From positions 4,392,409-4,456,408 of the forward strand of contig CAVNZM010000012.1 of NCBI GenBank assembly GCA_963693365.1: DNA of 64,000 nucleotides, read 5' to 3'. Position numbers and translations under genes: made by a program. Below the pieces are notes generated by a model, which had not been told where the DNA came from, made no database searches, and saw only the letters and a program-made list of their open reading frames with translations. This DNA comes from Amoebidium appalachense. Taxonomy: Eukaryota > Protista > Ichthyosporea. Below are positions 46,344 to 64,000 of the stretch, piece by piece (positions within the stretch are counted from its first letter, which is position 1; each line of letters begins with the position of its first letter).

Positions 46344-47472
46344 GGGCCTGTTTGGTAGCGCGCTAAATACGGTTTTTTATCGTATTCGTATTTAGGGCTT
46401 AAATACGTATACTATCCCGTGGCATGCCAAACACACCGCGGGCTTTTATTTTTGTAAATACGATAGGGATCGCTTTTATATCGTATTTACGAAAATCACC
46501 TCCGGAGGTGATTTTCGTAATACGATATAGGAAATTAGCCAATCAGAGCATTTCGTATCATTTATTGGCTATCAGCTAGCCAATGTACAGCGTAAGCCGC
46601 GGCGGGCACATTTTTGGATTTTACTACAGTACGCATGCCGGCGCATGCACGTGAACAATTCACTGTTAAAAAGAAGGTCGGTGTCATACACGTCATTTTG
46701 TGTACATGCTTAGTTAAAATTGGCACATGAATTTGGGCTGCACAGGTAAGACAGATGACGAGGAACCCTACACTGGTACCTATTGACATGATAGTCTCCG
46801 TGCTAGCGCTGTGTTGTAGATCCTCGGCCGTCCTGCGAACCGAGTCGCCATGCCCAAGAATAAGCATTAGTAGACACACGATCTCTTCAATGTCCATGTG
46901 CACACTCTCTTTCACGTAAGGCCGCATCTCTTCAATTAACTGGCCTATGACTTCGGGGCTTGCGCGCATGATGTGCAAAACACGACGAGGGTGTCCCGAT
47001 TCTAACAGCTCATGAACATATTCCTTTCCAGAGAGTGAGCGTGTGTTTTGCTGCTGCTTGTTTTCAGATGCGTATTGCATAACAATTGCTGCGCCAGCAG
47101 CGGCACACACCACCGCAATAACTGGCAATATCCCTTCAATAACAGACATTCCAACCTATTGTTAAACAGAGCAAGACTCACTGTCGGTGACTCGTTTTTG
47201 CCGTTCGCTGTAATACTGACTACAGCTGCACCAGCCTATATGCATAGGCGCATACTGAAGGATGATCAATGGTGCGAATAGGGCCAATCAGATCTCGTGA
47301 ACCATGTATCGATCGACATTTTATGTGACCAGTCACGCTCTGACAGCATTTGGAAGGCACCAACCGTATCTAGGCCCTAAAAACGCATACCACGATAAAT
47401 TTTGTAAATACGGTAGATCGTATTTAGGGCCTAAATACGAATACGATTATTGGGGTGCTGCCAAACAGGCCC
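46344..47472. mobile_element. Non-autonomous PIF/Harbinger DNA transposon (1129 bp)
   Basis: TIRs GGGCCTGTTTGGTAGCGC and (reverse complement) GGGCCTGTTTGGCAGCAC; TTA TSD at 46341-46343 and 47473-47475; subterminal inverted repeats atcgtattcgtatttagg..ctaaatacg at ~46379 and ~47418; internal transposase remnant. Confidence 0.95.
46795..47149 (-). pseudogene. N-terminal fragment of a PIF/Harbinger (HARBI1/ALP1-like) transposase
   Basis: LSGKEYVHELLESGHPRRVLHIMRASPEVIGQLIEEM...ESVHMDIEEIVCLLMLILGHGDSVRRTAEDLQHSAST matches the HTH region preceding the Harbinger DDE domain; the DDE domain is absent. Confidence 0.8.
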
Positions 47473-47635
47473 TTAATGTCAAACTTTGGCAGCCCTAAGC
47501 TTGGTCATCTAATTAGCGCTTGTGGGTGCCTGTGAGCACGCGTTACAGTGTGTTTGTCACCGGGGGGGGGGGGGGAAGGGGGGGGGGGGGGGGGGGGGGG
47601 AGTTCGAATTATGTGCCTGGCCATGGAGGAGAGGT

Positions 47636-47669
<34 letters not shown>

Positions 47670-49208
47670 ATATGGCCATATGGGGGGGGAGGGGGGGGGC
47701 CGGCGGGAAGGGGAGGGGGGGGGGGGGGATACAATGCAGATAAAATGCACAAAATGCATGTACTTACGTGGGTATGATCCTGAACACCTTCGTCTTTATA
47801 CATACATAAATAATATTCGGAGGAAGCCAACAGTAAGCTTGCTAGGGGCTAAGCTTACAAAAGGTACAATGCTTTAGGCAAATTGCTGCATTTTCCAGTA
47901 CGTGTGTGTACCACAGCGGAACTGTTTAGATCCAAGTCCACGCACAAGATGTGATCTACTAATTTTCAACGCATTTGATTGGTGATTCTCTCAGTTGATT
48001 CACTGTGATTGGTTAAATGCGCACCATACCGCATACCTTTGGGTTCAATTATTATCTGCAGCATGCTTGCTACACACAGGCAACCTCCCTCGAGGCTCGG
48101 GTACATGTAGCATATGTATTCTACAGTATAAATTTTTGCTCACCGCACAAGCTCCATATATATCAATAGCATGTAATACATACACTTTATAATAATTCTT
48201 TTAGCAATGTTTCGAGGTTTATATGCATGGTCCAGGAATACCGACTTGTGCCAAAAACAAGATTTTAGCACGGAGTTAGCTCTGGCCAGTGCTGATGACA
48301 GTGATGAGTCAGTGATGACGTCGACCCGAAAACGGTCTGCAAGTTTGTCGGCCTTGTGACAGTTTTGACAAAAATAAATATTAGTAACATATTAGTACTG
48401 TAGCAACTCAGATGCTAGCTGCTTGGGCAGGTCGCTAAATGATTATGTTTGTTGTGTAAAGGGCACATTTTGGCTTGGCCATGGGCGTGTACGAATCCCT
48501 TTGCATTTGACTTCCTGGACCCATATTTTTCAGCTTTTGTACAGAGCATTTTAGTTAAAGAAATAGGTAATTTTCTAATCATTTCGTTGCGATGAGAAAT
48601 TTGAAAAGATTTTGAAAATCGGTGGGTTGGTTGGTGCGGGAGATAATCTCGGTAGTTGCTATATTAATGATGGATAGAGAGAAAGAGAAAAAGGGAATGG
48701 AATGAGTAGGGTTAATTACTTTAGCAAATTTAGGAATGATCATTTTAGTTTGTGTTAAAGAATTCTTAACCATTTACTTAGCAATGAAAGCTCAAAGTTT
48801 AGCTAAGGATGCAGCGTCCACCTTGATCAAACCGTGCCAAGCTTGTACAGTACAGTAAAAGACTTGGTGCTTGGGGTATACGCTACGCGTAGCATATTTG
48901 TAGGAAATTCTACCCCTAGCCTAATATACAACTCTGTGGTTCAGATATGGTATGATGTAATTCAAACAGGTAACCTTCAATTTATAAGCACTTTTTTCTG
49001 GCACTAAGTGGGCCAATTGTGATGCAGCCCACTAATATTTTGTGCTCATGCACGGTCTTTGCAGAAGTTGTTGTATGTAGTACACGTCGCTACGAATGAT
49101 TTTGTCGGCCAAATTGGCAGAGGGAAATCTGTATGACATCGTTTTACTGCACGTTCTTGACACCATGCCCCTTTTTACACACAACCATTATGCCATCAAT
49201 GCTCAAAC

Positions 49209-50907
49209 ATGAGGGAAACCACCGCACCCGACACACCTGCGGGGTGCCCGAATAGCACCGAACGATTTGCACAGGCAGTCTCCCTCTCTGTATACCTCTT
49301 CGTTACCCCTGTTCTGTTTATCATCGTGCCCGCGTTATCGGCTGCGTACTGGCGACACCGAGACAAATTCCCTATACGCGAACAATGGCCATTACAGACG
49401 CTCTTCATCATGGCAACATGCATGCTCTGGACAACACAGCAGCTCGTTCAGGTCCTAGTAGAGGCCGGTCCCAGACTTTTCACATCTACATGGTGTGATG
49501 CACCCGCGTCGGCGAGCGACTTCTACATTAGGGCCACGTTAGATTTTGTGTGGTACACTTGTTCTCAGAGCCTTGCCTGTCAGTTTCTTGGTCGATGTGT
49601 TAGAGTGTACTACACGCGTTTTGTTTACACGATCCATGCACAAGGGGCAATCGACGAGAAACTGATCCCTGCCTTGTGGCCCGCCGAAGATGATTCACTC
49701 ACGGATTCAGGTTCTGTAAGGAGCGGCACACGCGGGAGCATATTCAACGGGGAGCAATCGCAAAGCCGAAGGAGCAGCTTTTTTACAAGTCTGTCCACCC
49801 AATCACCACCACTACCATGCAACGAGCTTTTTGAAAAACTCAAACCACCCAAGCGCATTGTTTTTGCGAGATTTTTTCGCTTGGTATGGATATAAGATCC
49901 TATGGATCGCCCTCCAGGTGCTGGGGATTGGTTGTTGGGTTCTACAGGTTCAAAAACATGACCAGGCCACGTATGAGTTTTTCTACGACGCGACGTCCTA
50001 CGTTGAGTTTGGGGTACGCGGGGTGCTTGTGCCCATCGTCACCGCCATCTGCGGGTACCTGTTTTTGAGGGATACGATATCGTTTGACGACACCAAGCAG
50101 CTCACCATTCAGATATACGCACTGGGGGTATGGCAGTTACTTAGTATAACACCTCTAATATTAGATCTTAAAGATCTGAAAGAGCTCGATGCCGTCCATG
50201 CCATCTTTGGTGAAATGGGCTCAATCTTGCTGAGCTTCGTGCCCATCACGACATGCATCATTTTTGTGTCCATTCTGCTCGTCTGGCCTATCCACATGGT
50301 TCGAACAAGCAAAAGGCACGCCGCCCTCCAGCCCGCAAATTTACGCGAACACAACTCGGTCGACAGCCAAACCGACGCGGAACTGAACGCGTGCATAAGC
50401 GACCCAGGCGTACGGAACGAATTTCGCCGGTTTTTGGCGCGGCAGTACGCGCTTGAAAACCTACAGTTTTACCTTGTGGTCGAGTCCTACCGTGACGCGG
50501 TATACGGCGCGATACGAAAATCGACACATGCAGAGGAGAGATGTGCCGGTTTTGCCGAAAATGTCTTCCACGCGTTTCTCGCCAGCGACAGTAAATACCA
50601 GGTCAACCTACCATGCGAAACTATCGCGACAATAGAGACGTTTATGAAACAGAGGCAGGCCGCCATTGCCGCCGAGGCAAAAACGAGACCGTGTCCTCGC
50701 ACTTCGGAGGCTTCTTCACGCACGCATTCGCTGAAAAAGCCGCAGCACCTGTTCCCAAACTGCGACAGCCAATCTTCGGAGTTGCTGGAGTCGGATTTGA
50801 CGTGGGGGACGCTCTTTGATGAGGCACAAAAATACGTTTTTGTTATTTTGAAAATGGACCTTTTGCCCCGGTTTTTGGCGGATCGCGCGGAGTCTGTGCC
50901 TGTTTGA
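49209..50907 (+). CDS. 7TM-RGS protein A (seven-transmembrane domain fused to an RGS domain), intronless, one frameshift
   Basis: ORFs 49209-49895 and 49831-50907 join if one T is removed from T6 at 49872-49877 (...IVFARFFAWYGYKILW...). Seven hydrophobic segments, then RGS motifs FRRFLARQYALENLQFY, FLASDSKYQVNLP, LFDEAQKYVFVILKMDLLPRFL. Collinear with paralog B. Confidence 0.88.
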
Positions 50908-51169
50908 AAATTTAAATATGCTATGATTTGCATGTATGCTGTTGAATATTTAGAACATGTGAATGAAATTGCGCCTACCTGGCTTTCAAATGTATTGATG
51001 AAGGGACAGCATGTATCGTTTTGTTGCTGTTGTTTTTTTGTTGGTGGTGTGGGTATCTGCTTTTTTAAAAAAGGAGCTATCGGTAGAGTTTTCAGGAATG
51101 CGCGCGCTCTGGCACACAAACACACGAGCACACACGAGCACAAGCATGCAAAAACACACACACTTGTGT

Positions 51170-51229
<60 letters not shown>

Positions 51230-51976
51230 ATATGCATACACACCGTGGTGAGCATGCACAGGTCCCCTGTGGGGACGGTGGCGGGGTTGGGGTTGGGGTT
51301 GGGAAGGGGGGGGGGGGGGGGGGGGGGGGCAAACATAACCATACCTACAATCACATTCAACTTGGTTTTAGATTTCTAGGCTACGGAAAGGTGTTTAAGT
51401 TTTGCACGAATTTAGCTCCGTTGAAAAATAATTGATTGTACGCGATGTGCCTACGACCTCTTGCAGTAAAAGAATTTATTATGCTATGGGACACATCAGA
51501 GGCTGGAATATATTATTCGTGAAGATGCTATATCCCTAATGGTGTGTACTATATCCATTTGCATGCTTTAAGACAAAGAGAAGACGGGATCTATTGGAAG
51601 CTAGTCCATGCATGGAAGGAGAGGCCGAGGCTTTCTCTATAATAGAAAGCTCTGAGTCCGGATCCCCCCCCCCCCCCCCCCCCCCCCCCCTCTTCCTCCC
51701 CTCCTTCCCCCGTCCGACAAGCTTCTCTCAGTTCTGTTCCCCTCCTATGCTTCCTGCTTGCCCGTTCGACGGTCGTTGAATGTACACTCCTGCAGGAAAC
51801 TGGCGTCTACTACCGGCCCGGGCAGGGTTGTTCATATCGCGACTCAAGTGGTCACAATCTGCAGAGTGTTCAAGCTTCCGATTCGAGGGTTCTCTAACGG
51901 ATTCGTGTTTAAGCTTAAGTGCAGCTGCATCCTCGCTCGGCCGGCTTCCCTTCTTCAAGTGACACACGTGTGCCCG

Positions 51977-51988
51977 TCTCTCTCTCCA

Positions 51989-52026
<38 letters not shown>

Positions 52027-52033
52027 TTCTTCC

Positions 52034-52126
<93 letters not shown>

Positions 52127-52138
52127 CTCTCTCTCCCT

Positions 52139-52218
<80 letters not shown>
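51977..52218. repeat. (CT)n/(GA)n microsatellite, ~240 nt
   Basis: Near-pure CT repeat between the two RGS genes. Confidence 0.95.
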
Positions 52219-52220
<2 letters not shown>

Positions 52221-52367
52221 GCTGTGTGTGATATGTGTGTGTGTGCGTATGTATGTGTGTGTGCGTGTGAGAGTGTGTGTGAGTGTGTGTGTGTGTGTGA
52301 CACAATGTGCCCCCCCCCCCCCCCCCCTTTCTCTCCCTGTTTGTGTGCTGTGTGTGTGTGTGTGTAT

Positions 52368-52424
<57 letters not shown>

Positions 52425-52665
52425 CGCGTGTGTGTACGGTGTCCCAATTACCCCCCCCCCCCCCCCCCCCCCCCACACACACACAAAAGAAAAAAATAAC
52501 GAAAAGAAAATAGAAAGAAAAGAAAAAAGAAAAAGAAGGCGGGGAAAAAAAATGGGCACAGTAACTGGGGGGAGGGAGGGGGGTACATGATTGAATTTGG
52601 CCGTGTGGCCCGGGGGGCGGGGGAGATGATGAAGGAGGAAGTCCCCGGGAGGTTGGGAGGAAAAG

Positions 52666-52710
<45 letters not shown>

Positions 52711-52845
52711 GGGAGGGGAGGAGGGGAGCGAGGGTTGGGAGGAGGGGGGGTAAAGGGGTGGGGAGGGGGTTATTGGACACCGGCGGATTTAAAGGGAGAT
52801 ACGGAATTGATTCTGGCCCGGGACTGGGGCAGAGAATGAAGGGAA

Positions 52846-52880
<35 letters not shown>

Positions 52881-53690
52881 CAAGACGCCGTTCCAGATCC
52901 ATATGTACTGTAATAACCAGTCGATAATTATCAGAGTTTTGCCTATCTACCGAAGAATACTAGAGCATGCATATGCATACCCATGACATATGCACGCATT
53001 GTATAACCTTCACGGCAGGCCAGAACACAACAATCGATATCTCCAGGTGCTCACGTTCCTTTCCTTCGTCGAAAAGCCTCTTATTAGCCTTGCCATGTCG
53101 CCATCAGGCTCCGCAGATCTCCAACCAACCTTGGGTTGACGAATCACTGCACACCAAAATAGCCAAAATAAGTTAAATTGTTTCAAAAAGTTGATTGGGC
53201 AAATACGCACCCTAGCTCAGTAAAAACGATTGGTCAAAAAAGGCGGGCCGCGGCCGCCGCACCCAGGGAAAAATTGCTTCTGGAATGTGAATGCCGCCCG
53301 GCACAGGGCTGCAGCCTGCAGTGTCAACGTTGTTGCGTTGGCAAGGCGCGTCCGCCATGCTCCCTCAGTACTCGCATCGGTCACGGCACAGCACAAGAAT
53401 CATAACAGGCCAACAAAGTGAACGAAAAACGAAATTTGGGCTTTTTTCTCTCTTTCTGCTGTTAACAAGCGAACATGTAGGGTTGACATGCATGGCGAAT
53501 GTCTGGAAAAACTAAGCACACTAATTCACGTTTCTTACATCACGACGAGCTGGCAACTCTCAACTTGAATGCTGTTATAGGAAGCCCCAGAGAGGGCTTT
53601 TTTTCTTCTGGTCCCCCAACCCTAGAAAACGTGCTGTAGTATTATTGAACGTGGCGCTGTGCCACTTGTTTTTGCAAAAAGGTTGCCAAA

Positions 53691-55478
53691 ATGACACTCG
53701 AGCCCAATCCAGACAGTTGTTGGAATGCCCTTCCAGGTAGTGGTGGGCAAGCTGTAATGTGGACATACATAATTCTGACACTACCCCTATTTCTTGCTGT
53801 TTTCCTTCTCTGCTGGTATTTCTGGACCCAACGAACGAAGTTCCCCATCCATGAACAATGGCCACACCAGTCTCTTGCAATCATGGGCATCCTCCTTGTA
53901 TGGGTTGCACAGACGCTGGCTCGTGCTCTTTTCACCTATGTCCCACTAAGTAACTTGGCTGTTCGACACTGGTGCTATAACGTAGGAGACCCGGAGCTCT
54001 ACTATATATCGTCCACACTCGACTTTCTGTGGTATAGTTGTGTGATGGCACTCACCTGCCTTGTGATGGGCCGTTCCTTCGGTGTCTACTTCACCCGTTA
54101 CACATACGCCCAGCGAGCAAAAAACGACGTCGATGAACGTTTGTCAGTTCTGTGGATGATATCTGCAAACGTGCAACCTAGAAACACCAGCATGGCTACG
54201 ACGGCAAACGGCAGTGAAGCCACGTTGCTGAGCAGCAGCCATGATAATAATATTTCACAGTCGTCTTTGATGCACATGCAGACATCGGCGTCCTTAATCC
54301 GTGGGCCACTGCAACCGGCAGAGTTTGATGGCCTACCCGCCAACGAAAGACCGAAGAAACTGAAGAAAGTCTCGATTATGTCTGCAAAATCCGAAGACAC
54401 CACGAAAAGCCTGTTCGGGGAAAGCCAAAACTGGGATTCCTTGGCGCCAGCCATGGCTTCTTTCTTTTCCAGCATTGGCTACCTTATCCTATTCCTTCTC
54501 TTTGAGGTGGCAGGAATGGTGTGTTGGTTTCTACAACTCAGCAACCCGGACGAAAGCACATACAACTACTACTACGACGTCACATCCATTCTCGAGTTCA
54601 TCCTCCGGGGCGTAATGGTACCACTCACGGCAATATTCTCCACCTACCTTCTCGTAACAATGAGAGTGGCATTCGACGACAACCGACAGGTGACCCAACA
54701 GACCTTTCTGGTCACTTTATGGCTCGTATTGTGGGTGATTCCGTTGGTGTTGGATATGAAAGTTGTTGATATCGAAGCTGGCACTATCCTTCTGGACATC
54801 ATGCCGATAACAACTGCAGTCGTTTTTCTTGCTCTTCTGATTGGCTGGCCGGTGGCATGTGTGGCATGGGTCACATGGAAAGTGCGAAGGGCAGCCCCCC
54901 GTATGCTTCAGCGAACTGCCAGCGCTATGGACGCAGCCAAGGCGGTAGACATTGACATCCAAAAATGCCTCTCAGACCCTACCCGCCGCGCGCAATTCCG
55001 AAACTTCCTCATCAAGCAATTTGCCGTCGAGAATCTTCAGTTCTATCTCGTGGTTGCTTCCTATCGGGAGAAAATCGTGAAAGCAGTCAAGCACGGCGGT
55101 GGCGAGTTACGGTGCTTAGCATACGCCTTACACGTCTACGACACGTTCCTTTCCGCAGACAGCAAGTGCCAAGTCAATGTTCCAGGCACCGTTCTAGATA
55201 CCATTACCGATTACATCACCCTCAAATCCGCACAACTAAGGTGTAAATCACCAGCAGCCACCGTTCGTCCTGAAAGAGTGTCGGTCACTGTGCACGACGG
55301 TGTCCCGTTCGAGCAAATCCCTACCGATGTCAAGCTTGAGACAAATGAAATGACGCAAGCGCAGGTCGAAGAGTGGGCAGGGCTGTATGACGCGGCGCAG
55401 AAGCACGTGTACCTGATTCTGCGAATGGATCAGTACCCGAGATACAAGTCTGAGTGCGGCAAGGAAGGCAAAGTCTAG
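53691..55478 (+). CDS. 7TM-RGS protein B, 595 aa, intronless
   Basis: Intact ORF with seven TM segments, RTKFPIHEQWP after TM1, a long Ser-rich loop between TM3 and TM4, and C-terminal RGS motifs FRNFLIKQFAVENLQFY, VYDTFLSADSKCQVNVP, LYDAAQKHVYLILRMDQYPRY. Confidence 0.93.
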   Translation: MTLEPNPDSCWNALPGSGGQAVMWTYIILTLPLFLAVFLLCWYFWTQRTKFPIHEQWPHQSLAIMGILLVWVAQTLARALFTYVPLSNLAVRHWCYNVGDPELYYISSTLDFLWYSCVMALTCLVMGRSFGVYFTRYTYAQRAKNDVDERLSVLWMISANVQPRNTSMATTANGSEATLLSSSHDNNISQSSLMHMQTSASLIRGPLQPAEFDGLPANERPKKLKKVSIMSAKSEDTTKSLFGESQNWDSLAPAMASFFSSIGYLILFLLFEVAGMVCWFLQLSNPDESTYNYYYDVTSILEFILRGVMVPLTAIFSTYLLVTMRVAFDDNRQVTQQTFLVTLWLVLWVIPLVLDMKVVDIEAGTILLDIMPITTAVVFLALLIGWPVACVAWVTWKVRRAAPRMLQRTASAMDAAKAVDIDIQKCLSDPTRRAQFRNFLIKQFAVENLQFYLVVASYREKIVKAVKHGGGELRCLAYALHVYDTFLSADSKCQVNVPGTVLDTITDYITLKSAQLRCKSPAATVRPERVSVTVHDGVPFEQIPTDVKLETNEMTQAQVEEWAGLYDAAQKHVYLILRMDQYPRYKSECGKEGKV

Positions 55479-56474
55479 CAGCGAAAAAACGACCGTGGAA
55501 CCCATCTATACACTAACCACCGAACTTCAAGCGCTTTTAAATTGAACATATTCATTATGAATCCTGGAGTTGCGCAATAGTAATAGTACATTAGAAAGTC
55601 TACTTGTATCGAATCTTTTTTTTGAATCCTTCTGTAACTCTTTGCTGTAGCTTCAATCACGATATGCACACCGTTTCTTGGCTACCTTGTCTCTGAATAT
55701 AATGATACAAAAATTATCTGTACACTTCAAATGATACTGAGTCTCGTAAGCAGCGGCCGGAAATATATGCAAAATCAAATTATTGTACCATGTATGATTC
55801 CTGCTACTAGTCGTTTGTTATGTTGTTTTATTCTGTTCAAATTAGAGCGGATTGGTTCAAACAATATTTAGTCATAGCCTCTTATCTCTCTCTTTAATCA
55901 TGTGCCCACCCCCCCCCCCCCCCCCCCCCCCCCCGGACTTTTAAAGACAATTTGATTAGTACTGTAACCGCAGAGCCTTTTCTTTAAATTGGTTATTGAT
56001 TTGATTATTTGTAGTCATTATCTGAGATTTGTTCCCGCTTTACTCTGCCTAACGAAGGAACACAGGCTATGCCTAAGGCTGAACAATGAACACGTGCACG
56101 GCCTGGCAAGGCTACATTCCTTGACTAGCTAAGGGGGTCTCATGTGTAACATCATCTCCTCCCCTCCCCCCCCCACACCCACCCACCGAGGCTAACTCAT
56201 TGTGCTCAATCCCCTCAGAGCTCTCCTCCCCTCTTGAAGTCCACCTCCCCTTTCCCCCTACCCCCCCATCCCGGGCCACCAAACACACATACGCACACCT
56301 GCCGCTATTCTGTCAAGCAGGTATGTAAAGGAGCTGGCAGTGCGCAATACTACGTAGAAAACATGCATGCTTGCACACCGAAATTCCCAACTTTGCGTGC
56401 ACAAAAAACATATGCAAACTCACCCACAGACACACATTGTCACACACATGTACACAGTGACAAAACACACACAC

Positions 56475-56505
<31 letters not shown>

Positions 56506-56565
56506 TGCACACACGCACGCACACACGCACACACGCACACACGCACACACACATGCACACAGTGT

Positions 56566-56609
<44 letters not shown>

Positions 56610-57580
56610 AAAACTGTACACACACGCATTATACACGCTCAAACTTTCAATTGTCGAATATAAATCGACACACACACACATGTACGTACACACACGCGCG
56701 CACACGCACACACACACACACACACGTACATACACATGCACATGCTGCACACCCCCAAACACGAACACCACGTGGGCCGCATAGAGCACACAACCTGCCA
56801 CATGCAAGCCTACTTAAATATCGTGATACACATCAACACGTACACACACACACGCACATGCACACATTTGCACACGCACACGCACTCACTGGCACACGCC
56901 GCCGCGCACACGCACTCGCAAACGCCATACCCAAACGCAAAAACACATGCACAAGCACACACACACGGCCAAAATTTAAAGGCATCGAGTCAGTCACACC
57001 TGCACCAGAGCTGCTGAGAACCCATGCACATGTAAACGTGTTCACACGGACACGCGCAGATTGAGCACACGCGTACGAACAATGGGTGAGGCCCGTACGC
57101 GTGGCATGGGCGGACACACCGTGACAAGCGTATGCACAGGTGAGGCACACATTGACCCACACTAACACATGTACAAACACCATACACACATAGGCAGAGG
57201 GCCGCAAGGCCTGTATATGTGCGTGTGTGTTCTTTTTCTTTTTTTGCCTGTGCCTGTGCTTGTAGTGTACCTGTGCGATGCTTGTGAATGGGTGCTTGTT
57301 TTCGTTTTGCATGCTTGTGCATGTGCGTGTATATACATGTACATGTTGGCGACGATCATGTTATGATTGCGCAAACTCTACTGAGCCACTACCTGACTTT
57401 TGATTGGCTGCAAGTGAATTTTGGCGGGAAATCTCTTTGGATTATCAAATCTGCTCCGCCGGCAAAAAGCCTGGCGAAAAGGTGAAGGCTTCGAACACGG
57501 ACTGTGCTGTTTTTAGAACGGAGTAATTGTTGTATGGGATAGCTCTCTAGCAGGTTGGCTGGCAAGTTAAAATTCTAGGA

Positions 57581-57680
57581 ATAAGAGTAAGAGGGGAGGG
57601 TGGAAACAAGCAGACACGGGCCTGCCAACATATAAGAGTAAGAGGGGAGGGTGGAAACAAGCAGACACGGGCCTGCCAAC

Positions 57681-57682
<2 letters not shown>
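57581..57682. repeat. Perfect 51-bp tandem duplication abutting the SPO22 start codon
   Basis: ataagagtaagaggggagggtggaaacaagcagacacgggcctgccaacat x2; the second copy ends in the AT of ATG (57681). Confidence 0.97.
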
Positions 57683-63795
<6,113 letters not shown>

Positions 63796-64000
63796 GTGTG
63801 TCTGCGAGCCGCCCCCCCCCCCCCCCCCCCCCCTTCCTGCCCCCCCCCCCCCTCCCCTCCCCCTCCGCGCCCCCCTTCACCTCCCCCGTCACCTCTACCC
63901 TATTCAGCCTTTCTCCGGGCAGTGTCCGGTGCTTCTGTTGATCTTGTAACGTCTCAGTGACCCTTCCCCCCTCCCTCCCTCTCCTGCCCACTCGCTCAAA

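Noticed and set aside
48220-48525. Inverted ggtccaggaa / ttcctggacc pair
   Set aside because: Only ~10 bp with no TSD; could be chance or a very old element

Overview
Eukaryotic genomic DNA, intron-rich, probably from a unicellular eukaryote (taxon not determinable here). Introns and intergenic DNA are saturated with C/G homopolymers and (CA)/(TG)/(CT) microsatellites, so most of the supplied ORF track is noise. Stitching exons by hand at phase-consistent GT-AG junctions gives seven genes: (1) the 5' part of a secreted Cys-rich/Thr-linker/CBM1-like protein (minus, runs off the left edge); (2) a 6-exon MFS sugar porter (minus); (3) a head-to-head ~16-exon P3A plasma-membrane H+-ATPase with Cys-containing extracellular loop insertions; (4) a 10-exon CK2 alpha with a long N-terminal extension; (5,6) two tandem intronless 7TM-RGS genes; (7) the 5' part of the meiosis gene SPO22/ZIP4/TEX11. 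Mobile DNA: a 5'-truncated LINE with poly(A) and TSD, a Tc1/mariner-type MITE, a tRNA-derived SINE and an internally deleted PIF/Harbinger element. Most unusual: polarised intron architecture (G/TG tracts after donors, C/CA/A tracts running into acceptors that lack a U-rich tract) and a dispersed ~41-nt motif whose four clear copies all lie in the sense orientation of introns. Homopolymer lengths may be inflated by sequencing error, as frameshifts at homopolymers in conserved exons suggest.
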